Below, piece by piece: positions 27,778 to 47,444 of a DNA stretch of 64,000 bases. The stretch spans positions 124,001 to 188,000 of the forward strand of contig NIVC01002007.1 in assembly GCA_002269645.1 (NCBI GenBank), written 5' to 3'. The stretch's first letter is position 1. Every line of letters begins with the position of its first letter. The notes under the pieces were generated by a model, which had not been told where the DNA came from, made no database searches, and saw nothing but the letters and a program-made list of their open reading frames with translations. The position numbers and the translations under genes are program-made. Origin of the DNA: Macrostomum lignano (Eukaryota).

Positions 27778-30700
27778 TCACGTCCACAGCCTCGTGGCCA
27801 TCGCGGACGCCATCGCCATGGTGGTTGTCCGGACCACCGGCACCGGCCCCACTGTAGTGGAGGCCGTCCCGTTTCCATGGTGACCAGCTGGCGCGGTCGG
27901 CCCTCGCGGCGGCAGCAGCAAGCGGAGGAACAGCGAGCCAATCAGCAGAGCGACAGCCGCCGCCAGGACTGGCAGCTTGGAGCGGACGGCGTTTCGCTGC
28001 CGCTGGCTGACGGAGGCGCTGAGCTGGTAGGAGGCCATGGCAGAGGCTCCGGCCGGGTGCAGATTCCCGGCGGTGGCGGCACTGGTGGCAGCGGCGGCGA
28101 GCATCAGCGGCTGTCGTTCGTTCAGCAGCTCCATGTCGGTCTCCATCTCAGCATTGGCGTGAGCGTCCAGAGCCTTCTGGCGCCAATCCAGGCGCAGCAA
28201 GTACAGGGACGGCAGGGCGAAGAAGGTGAAGGAGCCGAGGACAAAGCCGAGCCACAGGCCGCTGAGCTGCCAGCCGGCGGCGAAGGCCAGACTGACGCCG
28301 AGGGGCATGCTGACGATGTAATAAGCGATGAAGTTCATGAACAGCAGGTGCATGTGGTAGCTGCAGGCCCTCAGGGCTGCGATGCTGGGGTAGGCGGCCA
28401 GCTGGAATGCCGTGTAGAAGGACAGGTAGGGCGCCAGGCTGATGTAGATAGCCTCAGCGGCCGGCTCCAGGGAGAAGATCTTCGGCACCTGGATGGGATG
28501 GCGGGTCGAGGTTAGAGTGGTTAGAGTGACTGGTTAGTGACTAAGGCCAATGATCGAATAAAATAACTGATTAGAGTGACGGTTAGAGTGACGGTTAGAG
28601 TGACGGGTAGAGTGACGGTTAGAGTGACGGGTAGAGTGACGGATAGAGTGACGGTTAGAGTGACGGTTAGAGTGACGGGTAGAGTGACGGGTAGAGTGAC
28701 GGGTAGAGTGACGGGTAGAGTGACGGGTAGAGTGACGGGTAGAGTGACGGTTAGAGTGACGGGTAGAGTGACGGTTAGAGTGACGGTTAGAATGACGGTT
28801 AGAGTGACGGTTAGAGTGACGGTTAAAGTGACGGGTAGAGTGACGGTTAGAGTGACGGTTAGAATGACGGTTAGAGTGACGGGTAGAGTGACGGGTAGAG
28901 TGACGGGTAGAGTGACGGGTAGAGTGACGGGTAGAGTGACGGGTAGAGTGACGGGTAGAGTGACGGGTAGAGTGACGGGTAGAGTGACGGGTAGAGTGAC
29001 GGGTAGAGTGACGGGTAGAGTGACGGGTAGAGTGACGGGTAGAGTGAGGGGTAGAGTGAGGGGTAGAGTGACGGGTAGAGTGACGGGTAGAGTGAGGGGT
29101 AGAGTGAGGGGTAGAGTGACGGGTAGAGTGACGAGTAGAGTGACGGGTAGAGTGACGGGTAGAGTGACGGGTAGAGTGACGGGTAGAGTGACGGGTAGAG
29201 TGACGGGTAGAGTGACGGGTAGAGTGACGGGTAGAGTGACGGGTAGAGTGACGGGTAGAGTGACGGGTAGAGTGACGGGTAGAGTGACGGGTAGAGTGAC
29301 GGGTAGAGTGACGGGTAGAGTGACGGGTAGAGTGACGGGTAGAAAGACGAGTAGAGTGACGGGTAGAGTGACGGGTAGAGTGACGGGTATAGCCATTCAA
29401 ATGACAGAAGCAGTGACAGACCTGATGCCTCAGCAGGTAGAACACTGTGCCAACAAAAGCTCCTATGCAGGCCATGAACGTCAGGCTGGTCGCCACCACC
29501 CTAATGGCCTTCTCTGCCTGCTGGCTGCCCAGGTAGAAACCGATCCTGGCGATGAGAGCGCTGCCGATGCCGATGGGGATGAGGTAGCCCAGCTGGTTCA
29601 GCTGGAACACTACCGACTCGGCGGCGATCTCCGCTGCACCCATCAGGCCGGCAAGGAAGTTGCCGTACTCGGTGCCGAAGATCCACAGCGTCTGCGTGAG
29701 CAGACAGGGCAGCACAGTGAAGAGGAACTTGCCCCAGTCCATAAAGGCCCTGGCTGACCAGCCAGCCCAGGTGTACCGGTGGATGTTAAGGCACCAGATG
29801 AATACAGCCTGTGGATGGGCGCGGAATCAACCATTGGAGTTTTATACGGTTGCCTTTCACTCCGTCTGTCTGTCTCTCTGCTTTCGTGTCTTGGAGATAG
29901 ACCCAAGACAGACAGACACCAAGACAGACACCAAGACAGACAGACACCAAGACAGACAGACACCAAGACAGACACCAAGACAGACACCAAGACAGACAGA
30001 CACCAAGACAGACAGACACCAAGACAGACACCAAGACAGACAGACACTAAGACAGACAGACACCAAGACAGACAGACACTAAGACAGACAGACACCAAGA
30101 CAGACAGACACCAAGACAGACACCAAGACAGACAGACACTAAGACAGACAGACACCAAGACAGACAGACACCAAGACAGACACCAAGACAGACAGACACC
30201 AAGACAGACAGACACCAAGACAGACAGACACCAAGACAGACAGACACCAAGACAGACAGACACCAACACAGACAGACACCAAGACAGACAGACACCAAGA
30301 CAGACAGACATCAACACAGACAGACACTAAGACAGACACCAAGACAGACAGACACCAAGACAGACAGACACCAAGACAGACAGACACCAAGACAGACAGA
30401 CACCAAGACAGACAGACACCAAGACAGACAGACACCAAGACAGACAGACACCAAGACAGACAGACACCAAGACAGACAGACACCAAGACAGACAGACACC
30501 AAGACAGACAGACACCAAGACAGACAGACACCAAGACAGACAGACACCAAGACAGACAGACACCAAGACAGACAGACACCAAGACAGACAGACACCAAGA
30601 CAGACAGACAGAGCTGCATCACTCGCCTGCATCAGCGGGCAGATGGCCAGGCTGAAAGACAGCGCAGCGGCGGAGCCAACGATGCCGAAACCGCCACGCA

Positions 30701-32019
30701 GCACCAGCGAGTACTGGAGCAGGATGTTCACCAGCAGTGAGACGCAGCGAATCACCAGGGTTGGCCAGAGGTAGCCAACGGTGTCAGTGTAGGCGATGAG
30801 GGCCTCGCAGAGGTTCATGGCCAGACAGCCGGGCATCAGGATGATGAGGAATTGCTCGGATTTGGCCGAAATTACCGGATCTTGGCCCAGCAGGATCAAC
30901 AGGTTGCCAGTGTTCAGTGCCACGGCCCAGTTCACGCAGGTGAACAGAAGGCCTGCAGGTTCGACATTGAGAGAGTGACCGATCAGAGAGTGACCGATTA
31001 GAGAGTGAAATATTAAGAGAGTGACCGATTAGAGAGTGACCGATTAGAGAGTGACCGGTTAGAGAGTGACCGATTAGAGAGTGACCGATTAGAGAGGGAC
31101 CGATTAGAGAGGGATCGATTAAGAGAGTGACCGATTAGAGAGTGACCGATTAGAGAGTGACCGATTAGAGAGTGACCGATTAGAGAGTGACCGATTAGAG
31201 AGTGACCGATTAGAGAGTGACCGATTAGAGAGTGACCGATTAGAGAGTGACCGATTAGAGAGTGACCGATTAGAGAGTGACCGATTAGAGAGGGATCGAT
31301 TAAGAGAGTGACCGATTAGAGAGTGACCGATTAGAGAGTGACCGATTAGAGAGTGACCGATTAGAGAGTGACCGATTAGAGAGTGACCGATTAGAGAGTG
31401 ACATATTAAGAGAGTGACCGATTAGGAGTGACCGATTAGAGAGTGACCGATTAGAGAGGGACCGAGTAGAGAGTGACCGATTAGAGAGTGACCGAGTAGA
31501 GAGTGACCGATTAGAGAGTGACCGATTAGAGAGTGACCGATTAGAGAGTGACCGATTAGAGAGTGACCAATGAGAGTGATCAATGCGGCCAGTTTAGCTA
31601 CTTCTAACCAGTAGCAATGATAGGAAACGAAAAGATAATTGGCAATACAAAAGGAATGTCAATGTGATATTCTACAGTCAGTCAGTCAGTAAGGAAATTG
31701 AAAAAATGCAACCCAATATCTCCTCACCGGCCAGCAGGCCTCGCTGTACAAAATTTCCAACCCGATACTTCTTCGTGCCGCCCATAGTCTGCGCCAGGAA
31801 CGGCATGAGACCCCAGCGCACCGAGGTGGCGCAGTTCTCCACGGTCAGCTGGTACACCGAAATCGCCAGCCCGGCAGCGTCCATATCGATGGTGCCGAGC
31901 GAGCCGCAGAAGGCCAGGGTGGTCGGCATCATCAGGGTGTAGAAAAACTCGGTAGCAGACATTGGGAAGCCGCGGCGCAGGAGCCAGACGAGCTCGCGGA
32001 AACACTCCAGGACAGTCAT
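27778..32019 (-). CDS. SLC47A: MATE family (SLC47-like) multidrug and toxin extrusion transporter, 4 exons, ~571 aa
   Basis: Exons 32019-31728, 30952-30627, 29808-29422 and 28488-27778 join in phase (1,0,0) to 1716 nt. MATE-like motifs: [104 protein letters not shown]. Intron 2 has a GC donor. Confidence 0.92.
28571..29388. repeat. 12 nt minisatellite (AGAGTGACGGGT)n filling MATE intron 3
   Basis: Direct. Confidence 0.97.
29904..30610. repeat. 16/12 nt minisatellite (GACAGACAGACACCAA)n filling MATE intron 2
   Basis: Direct. Confidence 0.96.
30970..31580. repeat. 15 nt minisatellite (AGAGTGACCGATTAG)n filling MATE intron 1
   Basis: Direct. Confidence 0.96.
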
Positions 32020-32640
32020 GGGTGAAGGCTAGAGATGTGCCAGGCGGAATGCAGTTCGGTAGCAGCTATCTTAAACTTATCAGAGCTCTCTAGTAGCTTT
32101 ATATACACAGCCCTGAAATTTCACGCGGCACCTTTTTGGCTGGAGAACGTTAAAATTAATTATCGCGTTCTGACAGGCTCAAACTGGATTGCGCAACTTT
32201 ATTCAGGCCTATAGCAAGGTGCACGAGAAACTTTACCTATGTGTGCACGAGGGTCGCGCACAATCTCTTTGTATTTTTAGGAAAGTGTTCACTTTTGGGG
32301 TTGGTTGGCGGTTGTCTAATCTGGGCCGGTTTGTAAAGGGGTAATGTGGCGGTTTTCAACTCAATGGAAAGTGAAGGTACGCGTATCTAGCTAATTTATG
32401 ATCTTGCTAGTTATTGCCGCCTGCCTGGAAGTTTCAATAACTTGCGAGACACATTTACCATGCTCTCAGCGTCGTGCCGCGCCTATATTGACCAAATTTT
32501 CCACTACAATCTACGTAGTGCATGTAAATGTTGAATATTTGTTTTATCAACAAATTTTGAAAGGCATAAACAAAGTCTGAGGTACAAATAAACATGCCAA
32601 CTGTTTTATCGCCTAACATTTAGGTTAGGATTAAGGTTAG

Positions 32641-32926
32641 GGGATTGTAGCCTCAGTGGTTAGAGCGGTTGGACTCACGAGTTGAAGGTCGGGGGTTCGA
32701 TTCCTGATGCTACGGGAACAATTTGTGTCCTTGAGCAAGACACTTAACAACTCTCTGCATTGCTTCAGTTCACCCAGCTGTAAAATGGGTGCCAGCATTA
32801 GCTGGGGTAATTGAAGGTGTGTGTGGCGACCCCCCTTCAGATGCGCCGCGCAATAGCTGCGACTGAGCTGTCGGTTGCACATCTGGCCCAAATGGGGCTG
32901 GTGTAATCAACTATTATTATTATTAT
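32641..32926 (+). mobile_element. tRNA-derived SINE with CORE-like central domain and (TAT)n tail
   Basis: A box TAGCCTCAGTGG and B box GGTTCGATTCC. The central gtgtccttgagcaagacacttaac...cagctgtaaaatggg resembles the MIR/CORE consensus (gtgaccttgggcaagtcacttaac...catctgtaaaatggg). (TAT)n tail at 32912-32926. A second copy lies at 13721-13860. Confidence 0.8.
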
Positions 32927-33124
32927 TAGGGTTAGGGTCGCGGACCCACTATAAACCCTCTGGAAGAACAAGGAATTAGGTCCCTAGTCGAGTGTTCTGG
33001 GAAAGTTATCTATTGCTGCACCAACCGCAAGCTGAGCTTAAGTTGGCATACTTTTTACGTTTAATTTTTTGCTGCTTTTGAAACATTGACTCGATGAACT
33101 TAAATAGCCACAAGGCTAGAGGGG

Positions 33125-33870
33125 AATTCTTTGCTGACCTTGAAGCAACTGGACGACCAACTAGGTGCCAACTTCCAACATAAACCGCACATCGACACTT
33201 CCACTTTGAGTCGAAAACTGGATGGCATACTGTTTAAGCTGAAGCTGGCCCGCGACACCCCTGCTGCACGAAATTCGCCAGCAGTCATTGAAGAACGCGC
33301 TGAGTATTGTGCATAGTGGTGCTCTGCTGAAGTTTCGACACATGGAATAGGCGAAGTCAAGGCAAGGCAGAGCGCGGGCAGAGGGCCTACCGCGTCTTTG
33401 GCGGACAGCGTGGCCCACCATCTGCCTGGCAATGTCTCCACAGACTTGTGCTCTAACAGAGCTATGTGAGGGAAATGACGAAGGAGTTTTTTGCGGAATT
33501 TCTCCAGATCCCTATTGGGAAAATTCAGATGGCATTCCCCAACCGCCGGATCTTCATCGTATTCGACGGCGTGAGTAGACATAACGAGGCTGAGCTACAA
33601 CCCGTTCTCGACGCCAGTCGAGAGCGCGATTTCTTCTTAGAAGGCCGACATCAAGCAGCTGCTGTCGCTGCCTGTCAACCGCCACCGGTTCATCAACCCC
33701 ACTGCTGAAGACCGACATGGGCGCACCATTGTGCAATTCTACCAAGAGACAAAAGACGAGTGCGTCGGGGCAAGAATCACAGAGGACAAGTGCCTGCAGT
33801 GGTACAACCACTGCTTGACTTTTGTACCACAGTGCGTTGCTAGGCAACCGATTAATGGTGAATAATAGAA
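33125..33870 (+). pseudogene. Degenerate Tc1/IS630-superfamily DDE transposase
   Basis: Collinear fragments across frames: LTLKQL..IDTSTLSRKL...FKLKL...PAARNSPAVIEERAEY (HTH region); WNRRSQGKAERGQRAYRVFGGQRG; MTKEFFAEFL...RIFIVFDGVSRH (2nd D); LLSLPVNRHRFINPTAE (LPxYSPxLNPIE-like); ITEDKCLQWYNHCLTFVPQCVARQPI (typical C-terminus). Stops and frameshifts are present and the first catalytic D is missing. TIRs were not found. Confidence 0.72.
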
Positions 33871-34728
33871 TACGGTAAATATTTTCCAGAAAATACAATA
33901 ATCTAATAAATCATTGCAATCGTTTCTGGCTATGCGCTTTGCTTCTTCACGGGCTATTGTTTGCTGGTTATTGCGCGTTCATTTACACCAACACTGTACT
34001 CCAAATTATCTTTTATCTTTTATCTTTTATCAATCCGCACTTCAAAGATAATTTATACACAAGATGGGCCACTCATTAACCACTTTTGTGGCCATAAAAG
34101 CAAATGTAAAAAAATTTGCATCTCGCGACAGCGCAAAAATCAACTACTGAACTCAATTTCATCAGTAGTCTATGCAATTCATGAGAATTTCTGGTAAAGA
34201 ATAAGCTACTGAACTCAAATTTATAAGCAACCCATGTCGGCTTTTTCGCACAAGTGCCGAAAAACAGCGGTCGCGCTTTCCCTATTATCTGTACAGACAG
34301 ACAGACAGATACGATGCCGAAAATGAAAGCCAGTTTGCCGAAATTTAATGCAGTTTTATCGAAATAGAACGCAAAAAGGTGTACCACGGGTTGTTGCATA
34401 AGTTTTCAGACTGTGTTTAAGCTCTTGTGAACAACAGGAATGTCGAAAGGAGTTGAAATTTTAGCCAGTTCACGAGGCAGCATTGTTTTGTTGAGTCTAA
34501 GGATTTATTTTATTATAGAATATATGGATAGAAAAAATTATTGGATAGTAAGTTGCACATGACTTTGAAATGATTAGAATAAATAGCGAGAGCAGTTTCA
34601 AGGACCTAAAATAGCAAACAATAACCATGTAAATAAGTAAAACAAAAATGTACTTTTCAAAATTAACGTTTGATAACAGTGCAGCTGACTAACAAAGAAC
34701 AAACCTCAAATCCTCAAACTTCATATCC

Positions 34729-35000
34729 CTAAACATCACATTCCCAAACATGACATCCCCAAACATGACATCCCCAAACATCACATTCCCAAACATCACA
34801 TTCCCAAGCATCACATTCCCAAGCATCACATTCCCAAACATCACATTCCCAAACATCACATTCCCAAACATCACATTCCCAAGCATCACATTCCCAAACA
34901 TCACATTCCCAAACATCATCTCTCCAAACATCAGATTCCCAAGCATCACATTCCCATATATCATATTCCCGAACATTACACCCCAAACATCACATTCCCA
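34729..35000. repeat. 15 nt minisatellite (acatcacattcccaa)n
   Basis: Direct. Confidence 0.92.
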
Positions 35001-35835
35001 AGTTTCACATCCCCAAAATGGGGTTTGTGAATTCACACAACTTTTTGTGACATTGAAAGAATTAGAAAAATTCAAAGTTGATTAGGAGTATCATGATTCG
35101 TGAGTATCATGAGATAATCTGGCTTACAAATTCTAAAAAGGCAACAAAGATAGGTACGAGAGTACAGCATTAAAACAATACCAATATACAGTTGAATGAT
35201 TATATCACAATCGTAATCTTGCTAAAAAAACTGACGACACAGTCTAGGGAACGCCGGACGCATGAAAGTGACATATCCTAAAAAATAAGTGGGCAGATGG
35301 ATTCCAAGAAATATGCTTGAAAACCTTCACAACCTTCACCTGGGTCTGCCTGGGTAACCCAAATTTTTGGGTGAATGCCACCCTCCATGCCTCCCATGTT
35401 CCCCTGAAAGGGTGCCAAGGGTAAGATTACGTATAGACAGGGGTATGCATATATACGAGCATACAGTGACATTAGTCACTCGAATTTGAGGTTGCCATCA
35501 TGGAGAGGGAGTCATGACATTAAGACATGTTTAAATAGAGTGAAAAGAGTTTATTTAAATAAAAAAGTAGGACCAATTTGAGCTAGAATTTACATTCCAT
35601 AGCGAACAAACAAGCAATAAAATAATTTAGAAAAATATGCAAAGTTTCAGCTTCAGTGACCAAGTATGCAAACAGTGAAAACCGGATCAATTTGTTAAAT
35701 AGAGCAAAAATGTCTAGTGAATGTGTTTAAAAATTGTGTTTAAATAAATTTATTTACAAGAACTGGTTGAAAAGTTTGTAATAGAGAAGCAACATCCTAG
35801 GCTGCTCCAGTTGCAGACTGTCGAGGTCGCAGCTC

Positions 35836-36547
35836 CTACCCAGCATTCCGCAGATGCTACCCTGTGCCAGTGCTGAGACTGTGGAGGTCCCCAGTTCTTA
35901 CCCAGCATTCCGCAGATGCTACCCTGTCCCAGTGCTGAGACTGTGGAGGTCCCCAGTTCTTACCCAGCATTCCGTAGATGCTACCCTGTCCCAGTGCTGA
36001 GACTGTGGAGGTCCCAGTTCTTACCCAGCATTCCGCAGATGCTACCCTGTCCCAGTGCTGAGACTGTGGAGGTCCCCAGTTCTTACCCAGCATTCTGTAG
36101 ATGCTACCCTGTGCCAGTGCTGAGACTGTGGAGGTCCCAGTTCTTACCCAGCATTCCGTAGATGCTACCCTGTCCCAGTGCTGAGACTGTGGAGGTCCCC
36201 AGTTCTTACCCAGCATTCCGCAGATGCTACCCTGTCCCAGTGCTGAGACTGTGGAGGTCCCCAGTTCTTACCCAGCATTCCGTAGATGCTACCCTGTCCC
36301 AGTGCTGAGACTGTGGAGGTCCCCAGTTCTTACCCAGCATTCCGTAGATGTCCCATCTACCCTGTCCCAGTGCTGAGACTGTGGAGGTCCCCAGTTCTTA
36401 CCCAGCATTCCGTAGATGTCCCATCTACCCTGTCCCAGTGCTGAGACTGTGGAGGTCCCCAGTTCTTACCCAGCATTCCGTAGATGTCCCATCTACCCTG
36501 TCCCAGTGCTGAGACTGTGGAGGTCCCCAGTTCTTACCCAGCATTCC
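35836..36547. repeat. ~59-65 nt minisatellite (ttacccagcattccgtagatgctaccctgtcccagtgctgagactgtggaggtccccagttc)
   Basis: About 11-12 near-identical tandem copies with no unique spacers. Confidence 0.95.
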
Positions 36548-36599
36548 TATAGCCTGCCTGTCTCAGCTCACCTTGCTTGTAAATTCAATGCTAGACGCT

Positions 36600-44384
<7,785 letters not shown>

Positions 44385-46861
44385 TTTTCACCCTAATTGG
44401 AGTTTATCGAAGACAACTTGTTTAACTTCAATCGGAACAAAAAGTACTCCCAGGGCGAGGATTGTAAAGCTCTTTATTAATTGTTCTTCAGTTTTTCCTG
44501 GCCAGTTTGCTCTGCAATTAGAGCAGCCTATGTTTTCCTTCTTATTGGCTTTTTCCGGTGCCAGCTCTCAGAGTTAGAGGCAGCCATCGTGAGGCGTGAG
44601 CGATTGAAAATTTAGGATAGCTCTGAGCTGCGGCAGAGATGAGGTTGATGGGAGTTGAGAACCCCCCTCCTCCTCCCACCCCGCAGGCTCATCGCTGCCG
44701 GTGGCCTTGGCTGCACAATACGGTTGAGCCATGGTGACGAAATAAAAACTTGAAAATAAACAGCTGAAATAGCAACTGGAACACAAAGGTTAGTGCAACT
44801 ATATAGATAAGCACTATATTTTTCCTAATTTTGAATATTGAGAAAAACAGAATATTAACCAGATATCCTACTCACACTAAAAGTATAAAGCTATGATAGT
44901 AAAATATTGTGAAACTTTCGCAAAGATGATCGTGAACAGAGAACGTTTTTTTATTTAAGGGCCTCTTTAAAATTCATATGCCTACCCAGAATGGTTGGAT
45001 GAGGGGCGCACCGGATCAAGCAAGTTCATGTTGCCTTTCCAACAACTATCAGATTCACGAACTGCCGGTGACTGAGAAATCTGCAGCAACCGGAGGCAAC
45101 AAAAATGACAACGACAACAGCAAAACGCGGCCCTGAGAAGTAAAGGGTGCGTCAGATGGCCTCAGAGTCGCACAGCAGACAGTCTACGTATCAATGGCTC
45201 GTGCCTGGCCACAGGAAGTCGGTCCCGACGCTCTCATCAGCTCGAACGTTTGCATGGAGCAGCCATGAGTGCGCAGAGTCCAGTCGCCGCTCCAGTGTGA
45301 CCGTCAGCATCCACGTCCCGGCGTTGTACGCCTGGGCCGCGGCATCCGTGTATCAAGCCCGCTAGAATGTACATGTAAGCCGTGCCGGTGAGCACCTCAA
45401 TTGAGCGCGAGTCTTGCAGCCCTCAAAGGTACAAGTAAAGTCTTGGGGAAGATAATGAAACCGCGGCGTTGGAGGAAAGCGACGTCTTACGAGACACACA
45501 GGCCGCGAACCCTACTTATTGAAAGATTTCTAGTGATCGATTTGTAAATCGACGAAAAAAGGAAAAAAAGCCGGCATTCATCTACTGCCAGCAGTAACCT
45601 ACAATAGTTTACTGTATGAACACTGTCTAATCTTCAGTTCTGTTTTTAATGCGATTTTAGGTGACGATTATAAATTCAGCATATCATCAAGATTCATCAA
45701 AATATCGTGTCGTTCTACACCTTCCTTTTTTTAATGAATAAATATTTAGTCTTTTCTCTTTTTATCATGTCGTGCTCACTAAATATTTTAATAACTATTG
45801 CGTCTACTTATCCAGCACAATTTCGTTTTTAGCGGTATTATTTGTTTTGTCAGTTTAAAACAAAATTTTCACACATAGTTGCTCTGTTTTGCAGACTAAT
45901 TCAACCAAATTTATTCTATAAATTACAAATTAAATTTATTAATGGCAGAGACAGATTTTTTATTAAAATTATGTATCTCGTTGTATTTTATCATCGCGGA
46001 TTAAAAAATGGCGCTATTCAAATGTTTACTACCTTAAAAAAGAGCTCTTAGAGCTCCCAATGTCATTTTGTTACAATGTAGTTGTAGCGAGTATGTAAGT
46101 GCTGTGTCGGAATAGAATTTATTCACAAATTAGAATGCTGACTATTGCATAAATTAGTATTACTTGTTAATGTTACCCTAGAAAATTATCGTGCTAATTT
46201 AGTTCTGCTCCAAACAAGTTTTGCTGTGCACACATTGATTTTTCTCAAATCTGTGCTTGTATAGTCTTTCAAGCAACAAAACAGCATGTAGGAAAACTGG
46301 TCTCAAGTAAGGTAGATTTTTAAGTAAATTTACAACCATCTGCGACTATTTAGGCTGAAAATTTACACTGGCCGCGTTCATTAATTGTTGTTTTTTTATT
46401 ACTTTTTGTAGACAAAGAAAAACTAAGCTTAATGATTTTATTGTTTTTATGGATAGCATTGCATTTAAAATAAAAGACATGTAATCGTATGCTTGCATTC
46501 ATTTTACTGGAAACTTGTCTGCTACTACTTAAATCACCTTTTAAAGTGTTTTTTTCTCTCATTCTTTTTAACCTGATGATTTGTAAATAGACATTATTAA
46601 CATTTTCTTTTGCTGTATTTTTAATTGGTAGAATAAATATCATTTATGTTTATTTTTGCCTTGTGTTCAAAATATTTATTAATTCTTGATAATGATTGCA
46701 CAAAAGTAAAATATTTTAAGTACAGCCAATGAAATCAAGAGATAAATTCTATATGAGAGGGCAAATCGATCTAAACTATAAATCTTGAATATATTTAATC
46801 AAACATATAACTTCCATTCGTTCATTCATTTATGATAACAATGTCCCCTACAAATTTGCAG

Positions 46862-47444
46862 GCAGAACGAAATTCTTTGCATCTAGAGATTAGAAACTTT
46901 AAAAGATCAAGCCTTCGTTCACTTGGAGAGCAGGAATCACCCAGTGGTAAGTGCACTATATCTCAGTTTGAAGGAGAATAGGGTACAGATGAGTTTAACC
47001 TTAGAGGCACCCAGATGAGAAGAGAATGAGAATAGTGGCACTTATCAATCGGCGCATTCTGTACTCGCAGACGACAGAGCAGCACAGAAGCCGGAACCTC
47101 CTCCAACGAAGCCGAAGCCCAAAATGACGAGGACTGCTTCGATGCCGACGCCTCCAGTGCCACCGCCGCGTCAAACGCGACCTCCGCTGACGGCGCAGAA
47201 CGCCCCGCCACATCAGGTTTCCAATCCTCCCACGCCGAAGCCTCGCAGATCGTCGGCAAGCGGTCCCAGCGGAGGTCAGCAGATCTCTACTCTGCAAACG
47301 AGTAGAGATCTTAGGAACAGGCCGTTGCCACCCACGCCCGTGGAAGATCGCAGTCAGCAGCGCAGGAGTCTGCAGCATCGATTCCAGTTTAAGCCGGAGA
47401 CATTGTTTCCGCCGGCGCAGCCCTTACAGGAATCTGGTCGATAA
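46862..47444 (+). CDS. WIP/verprolin-like protein, last two coding exons (WH2-like motif, proline-rich region, C-terminal WASP-binding-like motif)
   Basis: Exon 46862-46946 (ttgcAG|...G|GTAAGT) encodes AERNSLHLEIRNFKRSSLRS, which is WH2-like. Exon 47071-47444 is phase 1 compatible and proline-rich (RPLPPTP), ending LQHRFQFKPETLFPPAQP, similar to WIP FESRFxFHxxxDLPPPEP. The start exon was not located. Confidence 0.7.

Noticed and set aside
32641-32712. tRNA gene (also 57080-57150)
   Set aside because: A and B boxes are present, but there is no complete cloverleaf or acceptor stem and the sequence continues into a SINE-like body.
32926-32937. Telomere or de novo telomere addition site
   Set aside because: Only two perfect TTAGGG units, internal to the sequence; noted only as SINE flank context.
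33100-33898. Minus-strand ORFs of 160 and 114 aa
   Set aside because: They are antisense shadows of the plus-strand transposase relic and have no recognisable motifs.
35836-36547. Regularly spaced ~60-nt repeats resembling a CRISPR array (also 61287-61619)
   Set aside because: The whole unit is repeated with no unique spacers, there are no cas genes, and the context is eukaryotic.
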